The notes under the pieces: generated by a model
Database searches by the model: none
What the model was told of the DNA's origin: nothing
What the model saw: the letters and a program-made list of their open reading frames with translations, nothing else
Assembly: GCA_964627595.1 (NCBI GenBank)
Contig: CAZVKA010000003.1
Span: 1,257 to 65,256, forward strand
Reading direction: 5' to 3'
DNA length: 64,000 bases
DNA from: an uncultured Flavobacteriaceae bacterium
GTDB lineage: Bacteria > Bacteroidota > Bacteroidia > Flavobacteriales > Flavobacteriaceae
Position numbers and translations under genes: made by a program
Shown: one piece after another, positions 9,905-18,108 of the stretch
Position numbering within the stretch: position 1 is the first letter of the stretch
How the letters are laid out: each line of letters begins with the position of its first letter

Positions 9905-9987
9905 AATGTGGGGGCAAAGGTCCAAAGTTAATTAAAAAAATGCCTTTTTATTTCCTTGTAGATCAAAGTATATTCATCGTATCCCAT

Positions 9988-10013
9988 AAAAAAACCCCGG
10001 ATTATTCCGGGGT
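9988..10013 (-). terminator. Intrinsic terminator
   Basis: accccgga-ttat-tccggggt with A-run at 9988-9994 (U-tract on minus). Confidence 0.75.
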
Positions 10014-10038
10014 GTGATATGACAACCATTGTTAATTT

Positions 10039-10368
10039 TTAGGCAACTCTGGAAAAGCTGTAATAGTTTAAAGCACTTTGATAAAAATTAAGGCTTCTTT
10101 TATCTTTTTTAATACAGGAAGTGAGGAACCTTTCCAGGTCAAGACATTCAAAACTTACAGAAGTATACTCCTTATCTGAAACCGGAATCTCGGCCCTGAT
10201 AATTTTATTTTCATAATCTATCTCTACATTCCTGGCTTGAAAATACATTTTTATGATCCCCTTGTGAAGAGAATGATAAATGGCGTTGGTACCGGTGCAG
10301 TCAGAACAACTGCTATGTATGAAATTTTTAAAATTTTCCAGGATCTCGGCGGGTTGAATTGTTGTCAT
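10039..10368 (-). CDS. Hypothetical protein (109 aa) with CxxC
   Basis: ATG at 10368 preferred over upstream TTG; SSCSDC; followed by a terminator. Confidence 0.6.
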   Translation of the reverse strand: MTTIQPAEILENFKNFIHSSCSDCTGTNAIYHSLHKGIIKMYFQARNVEIDYENKIIRAEIPVSDKEYTSVSFECLDLERFLTSCIKKDKRSLNFYQSALNYYSFSRVA

Positions 10369-10618
10369 GAGGCAGTATATATTGGTTAAATTTTTCAATT
10401 GTTGTAGAGACCTAAATTAAGTCTTAGCTTGTTAATAATGTTCTAATGAAATGTTTATTAGTAAACTATTAACATGACAATCAATGGTTTGTGAAAATAT
10501 TAGCATTGTTGTGAGAATCTGACTAAAATTAAATTCAGAGATTTAACACCAATCCATAAAAATTGACTTTTATCGGATTACGATTACCAAAAATTAGGAA
10601 TAAAACTTCTACAATAAT

Positions 10619-12118
10619 TTGAGAAACAAGAAGATCATATGGATAGTAGCAGGGGTAGTGGGTGCTCTTTTCGTGCTGATACTTTTACTGGGTCTCTATT
10701 TTTCTGGTAAAATTAAAGAGCAGATCAGGGATACCCTTACGGCCAGTGAGGAAATAGATGTAGATATCTTTCAGCAAAATATCCATGTCCAGCGCCCGGA
10801 GTTTCGCCAACAACATACAATTTTTACGGCATCTAAAGTCTCCCTTAAAGGATTGGATTACTGGAGTTATATCAGGAATAACCGGCTCATCATCGATAAG
10901 ATCGAGATTCACTCTCCCGAGATCGTAATGAAAAAGTCTTCCGAAGAAGAAGAGCAAGCCCAGGATCCTGGTGAGAAAAGAGACATTTTGGTAAAACAAC
11001 TAAATGCTTTCAACGGGATCTATAGACTGCAACATAATGATTCTGCAGGCAATGCTGTTTTTCTGCGGTTTCCCGAGCTCAAATTTTCAGGCATTAAGAT
11101 CGACTCGGCCACAAGAAGGAAAGGGTTGCCTTTTGAATATGAAGCGTATTCTTTCAAAGGCGATTCTTTAAGAGCAACTATGAATGCCGAACATTTTATT
11201 GCTGCTGAAGAATTTTCCATACAGAATGGAAATACTTCGATTACCAGTTTTAAGATTCAATCTTATTTGGATAAAACCGAATTTGATCGCAGTATCCCTT
11301 ATGAAAAAGACCGCATTTCCCTAACGGTAGAGAATATTACTATGGACAGCCTTCAATTCAGTCTTAAAAGAGACACTCTCTTCTTAAAAAATCCGTCTCT
11401 TGCCATAACAGGGGCAGATCTTGAAATTTACCGGAATAAACTGCTGCCTGATGACCCCCGTACTAAAACCCTTTTCAGTGAAAAAATGCGGGAATCTCCC
11501 GTAAAGTTCAATTTTAAGCAGGTGAAGGTAGCCGGTAGTAAAATTCAGTATGAGGAAAAAGTGAAAGAAACCGGGCCCCCGGCAAAAGTGATATTTACAG
11601 ATATAGAAGGAACTGTGGAAAACCTGGTTAACACACATATGAACAGGGAGGATTTTCCCCGCACCACCGTAAAAGCCGGTGCACTTTTTATGGGTGGTAC
11701 TTCGGTTACCGTGGACTGGTCTTTCAATGCGACCAATCATAACAACAAATTCCTTATTTCGGGAAAATTTGCTACGGTTCCGGGGGAATTAATGAACCCT
11801 TTGCTGAAGCCTTCCCTGGGAGTTGAGGCAGAAGGAGCGTTAGAATCTGCCTCCTTTACCTTTACAGGTAATGAAGATGCGGCCGTGGGAGATGTACGCG
11901 TGATCTATGACCGGTTCAAGATCAATGTCATGCAGGATGAGGGACGAAAAAAGAACAAACTGCTTTCAGCTCTGGCCAATCTTTTTGTCGATAATACAGG
12001 ACTTTCAGAACAGCGTACTCACAATGTGGAATTTACCCGCGACAAAAATAAGTCTTTCTGGAATTACGTCTGGAAGGGCTTGAAAAAAGGGGTTATTGAT
12101 GCCCTGGGGCAGCTTTAA
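10619..12118 (+). CDS. AsmA/DUF748-like membrane-anchored beta-rich protein
   Basis: N-terminal TM anchor then repeated short beta strands, as in AsmA-like proteins. Confidence 0.6.
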   Translation: MRNKKIIWIVAGVVGALFVLILLLGLYFSGKIKEQIRDTLTASEEIDVDIFQQNIHVQRPEFRQQHTIFTASKVSLKGLDYWSYIRNNRLIIDKIEIHSPEIVMKKSSEEEEQAQDPGEKRDILVKQLNAFNGIYRLQHNDSAGNAVFLRFPELKFSGIKIDSATRRKGLPFEYEAYSFKGDSLRATMNAEHFIAAEEFSIQNGNTSITSFKIQSYLDKTEFDRSIPYEKDRISLTVENITMDSLQFSLKRDTLFLKNPSLAITGADLEIYRNKLLPDDPRTKTLFSEKMRESPVKFNFKQVKVAGSKIQYEEKVKETGPPAKVIFTDIEGTVENLVNTHMNREDFPRTTVKAGALFMGGTSVTVDWSFNATNHNNKFLISGKFATVPGELMNPLLKPSLGVEAEGALESASFTFTGNEDAAVGDVRVIYDRFKINVMQDEGRKKNKLLSALANLFVDNTGLSEQRTHNVEFTRDKNKSFWNYVWKGLKKGVIDALGQL

Positions 12119-12150
12119 CGAAAAAAAGCCTTTTCCCGAAGATAGCTTTC

Positions 12151-12170
12151 TACCTGATTGGAATCATATT
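12151..12170 (+). promoter_or_regulatory. Crp/Fnr-type box upstream of hemN
   Basis: TACCTGA-ttggaa-TCATATT; consensus -7 TATTTTTG at 12190-12197, 23 nt after the core. Confidence 0.8.
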
Positions 12171-12214
12171 TTAGGACTATTTGATCCCATATTTTTGCTC
12201 GTAAATTATTAGGA

Positions 12215-13579
12215 ATGAGCAATTTTTTAATCAATAAGTACAATGTGGCGGGGCCAAGGTACACCAGTTACCCAACCGTGCCTTATTGGGACCAGGATAA
12301 CTTCAGTATTGAGGAGTACAAGAAGACCCTGAAGAGATCATTTTTGGAGAGCAATGACAGTGAAGGGATTAGCCTTTATTTCCATTTGCCATTTTGCGAG
12401 AGCCTGTGCACGTTTTGCGGCTGTAATAAGCGCATCACCAAACGTCATGAGGTGGAATCACCTTATATAGCAGCAGTATTGGAAGAATGGGACCTGTACC
12501 TGGAACTGCTGGGGAAAAAGCCTGTGATCAAAGAGATCCATTTGGGCGGGGGAACCCCCACATTCTTTTCTCCGGAAAATTTAAAACTACTTTTAAACGG
12601 TATCTTCAAAAATGCCATTAAAGCCGAAGAATTCGACTTCAGTTTTGAGGGCCATCCAAATAATACCCGAAAAGACCACCTGCAGGCATTATATGACCTG
12701 GGGTTTGACCGGGTGAGTTACGGGGTCCAGGATTACAATGTGGTGGTGCAACAGGCTATTCATCGTTTTCAGCCTTTCGTCAATGTGAAGAACGCTACCG
12801 AACAGGCCAGGGAAATTGGCTATACTTCCGTTGGTCATGATATTATCTTCGGATTACCTTTTCAGACAGTAGAGCATATCAAGACAACCATAGAAAAGAC
12901 GAAGGAGCTGATGCCTGATCGAATCGCGTTCTATAGTTATGCGCACGTGCCGTGGATAAAAGGGAACGGGCAGCGAGGCTTTAAAGAAGAAGATCTTCCA
13001 ACGGCCGAAGTAAAACGGGAAATGTACGAAACGGGAAAGCGAATGCTTGCCGAAGCTGGATATGTCGAAATTGGCATGGACCATTTTGCACTTAAAAGCG
13101 ATTCTCTATATAAGGCTGTCGAAAATAAAAGAATGCACAGGAACTTTATGGGCTACACCTCTTCAAAAACCAAGGTGATGATAGGCTTGGGGGTATCGGC
13201 TATAAGTGACAGCTGGACTGGTTTTGCCCAGAATGTGAAAACCATTGAAGAGTATTACGAGATCCTGGACAAAGGTGAGCTTCCGTTGTATCGAGGACAT
13301 ATACTGACCGAAGAAGATGAAAAACTTAGAAAACATATTCTTAACCTGATGTGTAACCTGGAAACGTCCTGGAGTGAAGCCAGCCTGTATTTTCCTGAAT
13401 TGCCCGATGTACTGATTCGATTGAAGGAAATGGAATCAGACGGCCTTATTAGTATTGAAAAGGATAAGTTAACCATCAAAGAGGAGGGGAGGCCATTTGT
13501 GCGGAATGTATGTATGGCTTTTGACCTGTTGCTCCAAAGAAGCAAACCCGAAACACAGTTGTTCTCAATGACAGTTTAA
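12215..13579 (+). CDS. hemN: Oxygen-independent coproporphyrinogen III oxidase
   Basis: GPRYTSYP, HLPFCESLCTFCGC radical-SAM motif, GGGTP, IGMDHFA, RNFMGY. Confidence 0.96.
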   Translation: MSNFLINKYNVAGPRYTSYPTVPYWDQDNFSIEEYKKTLKRSFLESNDSEGISLYFHLPFCESLCTFCGCNKRITKRHEVESPYIAAVLEEWDLYLELLGKKPVIKEIHLGGGTPTFFSPENLKLLLNGIFKNAIKAEEFDFSFEGHPNNTRKDHLQALYDLGFDRVSYGVQDYNVVVQQAIHRFQPFVNVKNATEQAREIGYTSVGHDIIFGLPFQTVEHIKTTIEKTKELMPDRIAFYSYAHVPWIKGNGQRGFKEEDLPTAEVKREMYETGKRMLAEAGYVEIGMDHFALKSDSLYKAVENKRMHRNFMGYTSSKTKVMIGLGVSAISDSWTGFAQNVKTIEEYYEILDKGELPLYRGHILTEEDEKLRKHILNLMCNLETSWSEASLYFPELPDVLIRLKEMESDGLISIEKDKLTIKEEGRPFVRNVCMAFDLLLQRSKPETQLFSMTV

Positions 13580-13595
13580 AGATTCTGTCAAAAAC

Positions 13596-13629
13596 AAAAA
13601 ATCCGAAGCGGGAGCTTCGGATTTTTTTT
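13596..13629. terminator. Bidirectional terminator between hemN and globin gene
   Basis: aaaaaatccgaagc-ggga-gcttcggatttttttt between convergent genes. Confidence 0.85.
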
Positions 13630-13643
13630 AACTATCAACTAAT

Positions 13644-14033
13644 CTAAGCCTTTGATCGGCTAACATACATATTCATGAACAGGTTTCCGGCCATATTGCG
13701 GGCGCGGTTCTTGGCGATGTTTGCCCTGTCCCCTTCAAAAAGTTCATCAATGGTTTCGAACCACATGTTTAGCCACTCGCCAAAATGCTTTTGTTCAATA
13801 CTGTGATTGAATTGATCGTCCACCTCTTTATGTGCTCTCATGGGATTACCCCTAAATTTGCTCACCATGAACAAATTGGTTTCCCAGAAGTCGGTAAGCT
13901 TCTCCAGGTGTGAAGGCCAGTCTTGAATGGTTTCATTGAAGAAATGCCCTATTTCGGCATTTGCCCTAACTTTGGAGTAAAAGGTAGAAACAAGGAGAAA
14001 AACATCCTCCCTGTTCATTATATCAGTTTTCAT
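13644..14033 (-). CDS. Group III truncated hemoglobin
   Basis: LVSTFYSKVR, WPSHLEKLTDFW, GNPMRAH, HFGEWLNMW pattern. Confidence 0.9.
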   Translation of the reverse strand: MKTDIMNREDVFLLVSTFYSKVRANAEIGHFFNETIQDWPSHLEKLTDFWETNLFMVSKFRGNPMRAHKEVDDQFNHSIEQKHFGEWLNMWFETIDELFEGDRANIAKNRARNMAGNLFMNMYVSRSKA

Positions 14034-14043
14034 TAGATCCTAT

Positions 14044-14334
14044 TTAGTAGCGCATCCAAACGTTGATTAAAAGGAGAATGCTGCTCACAAGAAGGCTCAA
14101 AATTAAAGTATTAAATACAAATTTAGCCCTCATTTGTGCCAAAACCGTTACCAGGTAGGTCATACTAACAGCTACTACCAGAAATAACTGGAACATCTGT
14201 ATAAAATCGTGTCCGTTCATTAAAATGACCATAGCAGATGCTGCCCCTACACAGGTGGTTAGAATAATGGCTACGGCTGAGTAACCCACAAATAATTCCT
14301 CAAAATCTTTATACAATGTGTTGTAAAGTCTCAT
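14044..14334 (-). CDS. Small 3-TM membrane protein of unknown function
   Basis: 96 aa, three hydrophobic segments; 10 nt upstream of the globin gene. Confidence 0.75.
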   Translation of the reverse strand: MRLYNTLYKDFEELFVGYSAVAIILTTCVGAASAMVILMNGHDFIQMFQLFLVVAVSMTYLVTVLAQMRAKFVFNTLILSLLVSSILLLINVWMRY

Positions 14335-14386
14335 AACTTGCTCGTTTTTAGTTATGGGACAAATTTAAGGGGGGAGGCTCCTGGAG

Positions 14387-14406
14387 AATATGATTTGAGT
14401 CATAAA
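14387..14406 (-). promoter_or_regulatory. Crp/Fnr-type box upstream of membrane protein-globin operon
   Basis: aataTGA-tttgag-TCAtaaa; -7 TAAATTTG (minus) at 14360-14367, 23 nt away. Confidence 0.8.
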
Positions 14407-14430
14407 TGCAGACATTTTTGTCTGCATTTA
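14403..14430. promoter_or_regulatory. GACA-N4-TGTC palindrome (putative second operator)
   Basis: TAAATGCAGACA-tttt-TGTCTGCATTTA; same core at nirK and ric promoters. Confidence 0.6.
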
Positions 14431-14455
14431 AATGTAATATGCTGATAGCTAAGGG

Positions 14456-15052
14456 TTATCTATAAAGTTTTCGTTTTTTGATCTCGACTTCCCCTTTTTT
14501 CTCCAGAGATTTTGTAGCCCTGATCACTGTTTCCACCCTGAGGCCGGTAAGGTCTGCCAACTGCTGCCGGGTAAGGTCAACCCTGTAGGCAAACTTTCCT
14601 TCTGTCTTATGGACGTACTTTTTAAGGTAATCCAGGATCCGTAGTATGCGGTGCTCGGGTTCCTGGCTGGAAATTTCAGAAACCATGATGGCTTTGTAGA
14701 ATAACCTTTTAGCGAGGGTTTCGGTGATCTTTAGGTGTACCTTCGGGTTGGAGGTAAGAAGTTCTAAAAAGTGCTCTTTTGGGAGCTGAAGTACTTCAGC
14801 ATCTGAAATGGCTTCGGCATTGGCGGGATATTTCACATTTGCCAGGAGGGGAGGCTCCCCAAAACTCTGGCCGATGGAAAAGATCCCCTGGATAAATTCT
14901 TTACCGTCTTCATTATAATTGTTCATTTTGATCTCCCCCGAAACCACCTGGTAAAAGTTCAACGCGCTTTCACCTTCCCTGAAGAGTTGATCACCTTTTG
15001 AAAAGGTCATTCTTTTTGCTCCGTAATCGAGCAACAGGTTTTCATCTATCAT
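14456..15052 (-). CDS. Crp/Fnr family transcriptional regulator (no FNR cysteines)
   Basis: cNMP-binding fold (FGEPP) and HTH TRQQLADLTGLRVETVIR. Confidence 0.92.
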   Translation of the reverse strand: MIDENLLLDYGAKRMTFSKGDQLFREGESALNFYQVVSGEIKMNNYNEDGKEFIQGIFSIGQSFGEPPLLANVKYPANAEAISDAEVLQLPKEHFLELLTSNPKVHLKITETLAKRLFYKAIMVSEISSQEPEHRILRILDYLKKYVHKTEGKFAYRVDLTRQQLADLTGLRVETVIRATKSLEKKGEVEIKKRKLYR

Positions 15053-15058
15053 AAAATT

Positions 15059-15358
15059 CTATTGATGGGACCTTATCAACTGGACCAGGTCAGATTTTTG
15101 TACCACACCCGATTGTCTCCATAACTGCTGTCCATTCTTAAAGAGAATTAAGGTGGGAACTCCCCGAACCTGGTACTTTTCTGAAAGCTGCTGATTTTTG
15201 TCCACATCGATCTTTACGATCTTCACATCCTCTCCCAGTTCAGCTTTGGTGTCTTTTAGGATGGGAGCAAGTGTTTTGCATGGGCCGCACCAGTCGGCAA
15301 AGAAATCTACCAGTACCGGTTTATCACTATTTATGATTTCATTAAAACTACTTTTCAT
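15059..15358 (-). CDS. trxA: Thioredoxin
   Basis: DFFADWCGPCK; -7 TACATTTG (minus) at 15388-15395. Confidence 0.95.
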   Translation of the reverse strand: MKSSFNEIINSDKPVLVDFFADWCGPCKTLAPILKDTKAELGEDVKIVKIDVDKNQQLSEKYQVRGVPTLILFKNGQQLWRQSGVVQKSDLVQLIRSHQ

Positions 15359-15375
15359 GACTTTAATTTTTTTTG

Positions 15376-16053
15376 TTACTCCAATTGCAAATGTAAAGAT
15401 GAACCTGATTTTTTGTACGGTAGGAACCGGGAAACCAGAAATTTCCTTTCCATACTTTTGTTCTTCAGCATGGCGGTTTCTTGCCGGTATGTCATTTTTA
15501 GATCAAACCTGATCTCAATGATATCCTGTACCTGGATGAGACCAAACATCTTCTTTATGGGCTTGAGGCCAAACTTCCGGATATTCAATGTAAGTCGACC
15601 TTTCAACCTTCGGACTTCATCCCCCGAGATCTTCACTGGGACCTTATAGGTCTTCGTTGTGCCTGCAATGTAAATTTCTATTGTTGCATTAATTGTTTTA
15701 TCGGTTTCCAGGACTGCTCTTTTAAGGGTGAGACGCATTTCGGGATATTTTTCCGTCTTCACCATTTTATGAAAATCCTCATTTCTTCCTTTTTTTCCGC
15801 AATCAAACCCCCGACTTTTTAAAGTCAGGACCGCATCCTTAAAGAGGTATTGCTGCTGGTGTTTTTTTAGGGAAATATTTTTTGAAACTTCGAGTTGATC
15901 AATATCAAAAAGACAGGTGAAGGTGGTGACTTTTGCATCTCCATAAATGCTGATGCTGCTTTCTGGCAGGATATCCAGGTTAGTGATCTTTTCTTCCTGT
16001 GCGAAAATCAGAGCCGCAGATAACAAGAAGAAAGAGCAGAATAATGTTTTCAT
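15376..16053 (-). CDS. YceI-like secreted beta-barrel protein (third paralogue, with C-terminal tail)
   Basis: Signal peptide; clearly paralogous to 17451-18026 (GFDCG...N.DFH...K.P, FGL.P.KK.FG.IQV.D.IEI.FDL). Confidence 0.8.
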   Translation of the reverse strand: MKTLFCSFFLLSAALIFAQEEKITNLDILPESSISIYGDAKVTTFTCLFDIDQLEVSKNISLKKHQQQYLFKDAVLTLKSRGFDCGKKGRNEDFHKMVKTEKYPEMRLTLKRAVLETDKTINATIEIYIAGTTKTYKVPVKISGDEVRRLKGRLTLNIRKFGLKPIKKMFGLIQVQDIIEIRFDLKMTYRQETAMLKNKSMERKFLVSRFLPYKKSGSSLHLQLE

Positions 16054-16163
16054 CCATTATGGAATTTTCACTTTTTAATAACCTGAGATACCCGCATATC
16101 TAAAGTTATTAAAATTATAGCAAAGATTCTGATCCTATGCCTGTTTTTAAATAATTTATCCTG

Positions 16164-17438
16164 TTATCGGGTTTTGTTGAGCCTGGAATAGGCTTCTTCT
16201 TCCAATTGTTCCCGGTGATCTGGATGTGCGATTGAAATAAGCGCTTTTGCCCGTTGTTTCAGGTTCTTTCCGTATAAGTTGACAACCCCATATTCTGTCG
16301 CGATATAATGCACGTGTGCACGCGTAGTGGTCACACCGGCACCCTCTTTAAGGTAAGGGACAATTTTGGAGATACCGTTGTTGGTAATAGACGGCATGGC
16401 AATAATGGCTTTTCCACCTTCAGAAAGGGAGGCTCCACGTATAAAGTCCATTTGACCGCCTACTCCCGAGTACTGGTAGTTTCCAATCGTATCTGCGCAT
16501 ACCTGGCCGGTAAGGTCGATCTCAATGGCGCTGTTAATAGCAGTAACTTTTGGGTTTTGCCGAATGATGGCGGTATCATTGGTATATCCCGCTTCTTTAA
16601 AATGGATGAGGGGATTGTCATCAATAAAGTCGTACAATTTCTGCGATCCAAGGGCAAAGCAGGTCACAATTTTTCCGGTCTTGATCTCTTTTTCCTCCCC
16701 CGTAATAATGCCTTTTTCAACAAGTGGCAGTATTCCGTCAGAAAACATTTCTGTGTGGATGCCCAGGCGTTTATGATTCATGAGGTTAGAAAGAACCACA
16801 TTTGGAATTCCACCAATACCCATTTGCAGGGTTGCACCGTCTTCTATCAATTCGGCAACATGTTTTCCTATTTGTTGCTCAATTTCTGAGGGCGCTTCCA
16901 TTTCATGAGAATGAATGGGCATATCAATTTCTGTGGCTGCAAATATTTTGCTGATGTGAATTATGCCATCCCCGTGTGTTCTTGGTACCTGTGGATTGAT
17001 CTGCGCGATCACCTTTTTTGCGGTTTGAATGGCCGGTAAGGTAATATCTACAGAAACCCCTAGGGAACAATATCCGTGTTTATCGGGCGGGGAAACCTGT
17101 ACAAAGGCTACATCCAGCGGTAGAATATTCTTTCTGAACAACAGGTGTATCTCACTCAAAAAAATAGGAATGTAAGCTCCGTAACTTGAGTTTACGGCAT
17201 CACGAACGTTACCGGATGCGAAACAACTGTTAGTGCGAAAAGAGTTTCGGTAGGGCTCTTCGGTATATCGTGCCCTTCCTTCGGTGTGTATCTGAAAAAG
17301 CTCTACGTCTTCAAGTTCCTCATATCGGTCTGTCAATGCATTTATAAGGACCTTCGGGGTCATCGCTGCTCCCTGGAAAAATACCCTGTCACCCGATTTT
17401 ACATGCGAAACTGCTTCTGCAGCTGAAACGATCTCCAT
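16164..17438 (-). CDS. Acetyl-CoA hydrolase/CoA-transferase (4-hydroxybutyrate CoA-transferase / ASCT-like)
   Basis: GATLQMGIGGIP, LGIHTEMF (catalytic Glu), YSGVGGQMDF, ATEYG. Confidence 0.92.
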   Translation of the reverse strand: MEIVSAAEAVSHVKSGDRVFFQGAAMTPKVLINALTDRYEELEDVELFQIHTEGRARYTEEPYRNSFRTNSCFASGNVRDAVNSSYGAYIPIFLSEIHLLFRKNILPLDVAFVQVSPPDKHGYCSLGVSVDITLPAIQTAKKVIAQINPQVPRTHGDGIIHISKIFAATEIDMPIHSHEMEAPSEIEQQIGKHVAELIEDGATLQMGIGGIPNVVLSNLMNHKRLGIHTEMFSDGILPLVEKGIITGEEKEIKTGKIVTCFALGSQKLYDFIDDNPLIHFKEAGYTNDTAIIRQNPKVTAINSAIEIDLTGQVCADTIGNYQYSGVGGQMDFIRGASLSEGGKAIIAMPSITNNGISKIVPYLKEGAGVTTTRAHVHYIATEYGVVNLYGKNLKQRAKALISIAHPDHREQLEEEAYSRLNKTR

Positions 17439-17450
17439 TTTACTTTTCTT

Positions 17451-18026
17451 TTATTTTCTAATTTTGAGATCAAAATTGATCTCGATCTCGTCTTTCACCT
17501 GGATCATCCCAAACAGCTTCTTTGGAGGTTCAAGTCCAAAGTCATTAATATCAAGTGCCAGAACCCCATTAAAATGTGCCACCTCATCATTCTGAATATT
17601 AACCGGCACATCATAGAATTTCTGCGTTCCGGCTATAGTGATGCAAACATTGGCTATACCTTTAGTAGGTGACTGGACCTTGACCTTATTTACCTCCAGG
17701 AGGATCTCTGGATGTTTTTCAGACTGGATGAGGGCGTGAAAATCTTTATTGATCGCTTTACTTCCGCAGTCAAATCCCTCTGTATTGAGCTTGAGGATAG
17801 CCCCATTGAAATTGATCTGGGACTTGTTATTGGAATAAAATATTTTTTGGGCCTCTTTTGTATAGGAAGCATTGAAATTACACTCAAAGGTGTTGATATT
17901 AGTGTCACCGGTGATACTCAGCTCACTGGCCGGTAACACTTCGATCTGTGTAGGCTGATAACTGCCCTGGGCAAAAGAAAATGCACCCGTCAACAGTATC
18001 ATAATCATTGGCATTAACTTTTTCAT
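17451..18026 (-). CDS. YceI-like secreted protein
   Basis: Signal peptide; SELSITGDTN, ITIAGT, INDFGLEPP, DEIEINFDL. Confidence 0.85.
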   Translation of the reverse strand: MKKLMPMIMILLTGAFSFAQGSYQPTQIEVLPASELSITGDTNINTFECNFNASYTKEAQKIFYSNNKSQINFNGAILKLNTEGFDCGSKAINKDFHALIQSEKHPEILLEVNKVKVQSPTKGIANVCITIAGTQKFYDVPVNIQNDEVAHFNGVLALDINDFGLEPPKKLFGMIQVKDEIEINFDLKIRK

Positions 18027-18044
18027 AGTAGTATAAATTTAGGT

Positions 18045-18076
18045 AAAAAAAATGGGGGAACCCGGTTCCCCCATTT
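18045..18076 (-). terminator. Internal intrinsic terminator after the OM barrel gene
   Basis: aaatgggggaac-ccg-gttcccccattt with A-run at 18045-18052. Confidence 0.8.
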
Positions 18077-18108
18077 CGGGCTAAGCTCAAACGAATCTTT
18101 TATATGCC

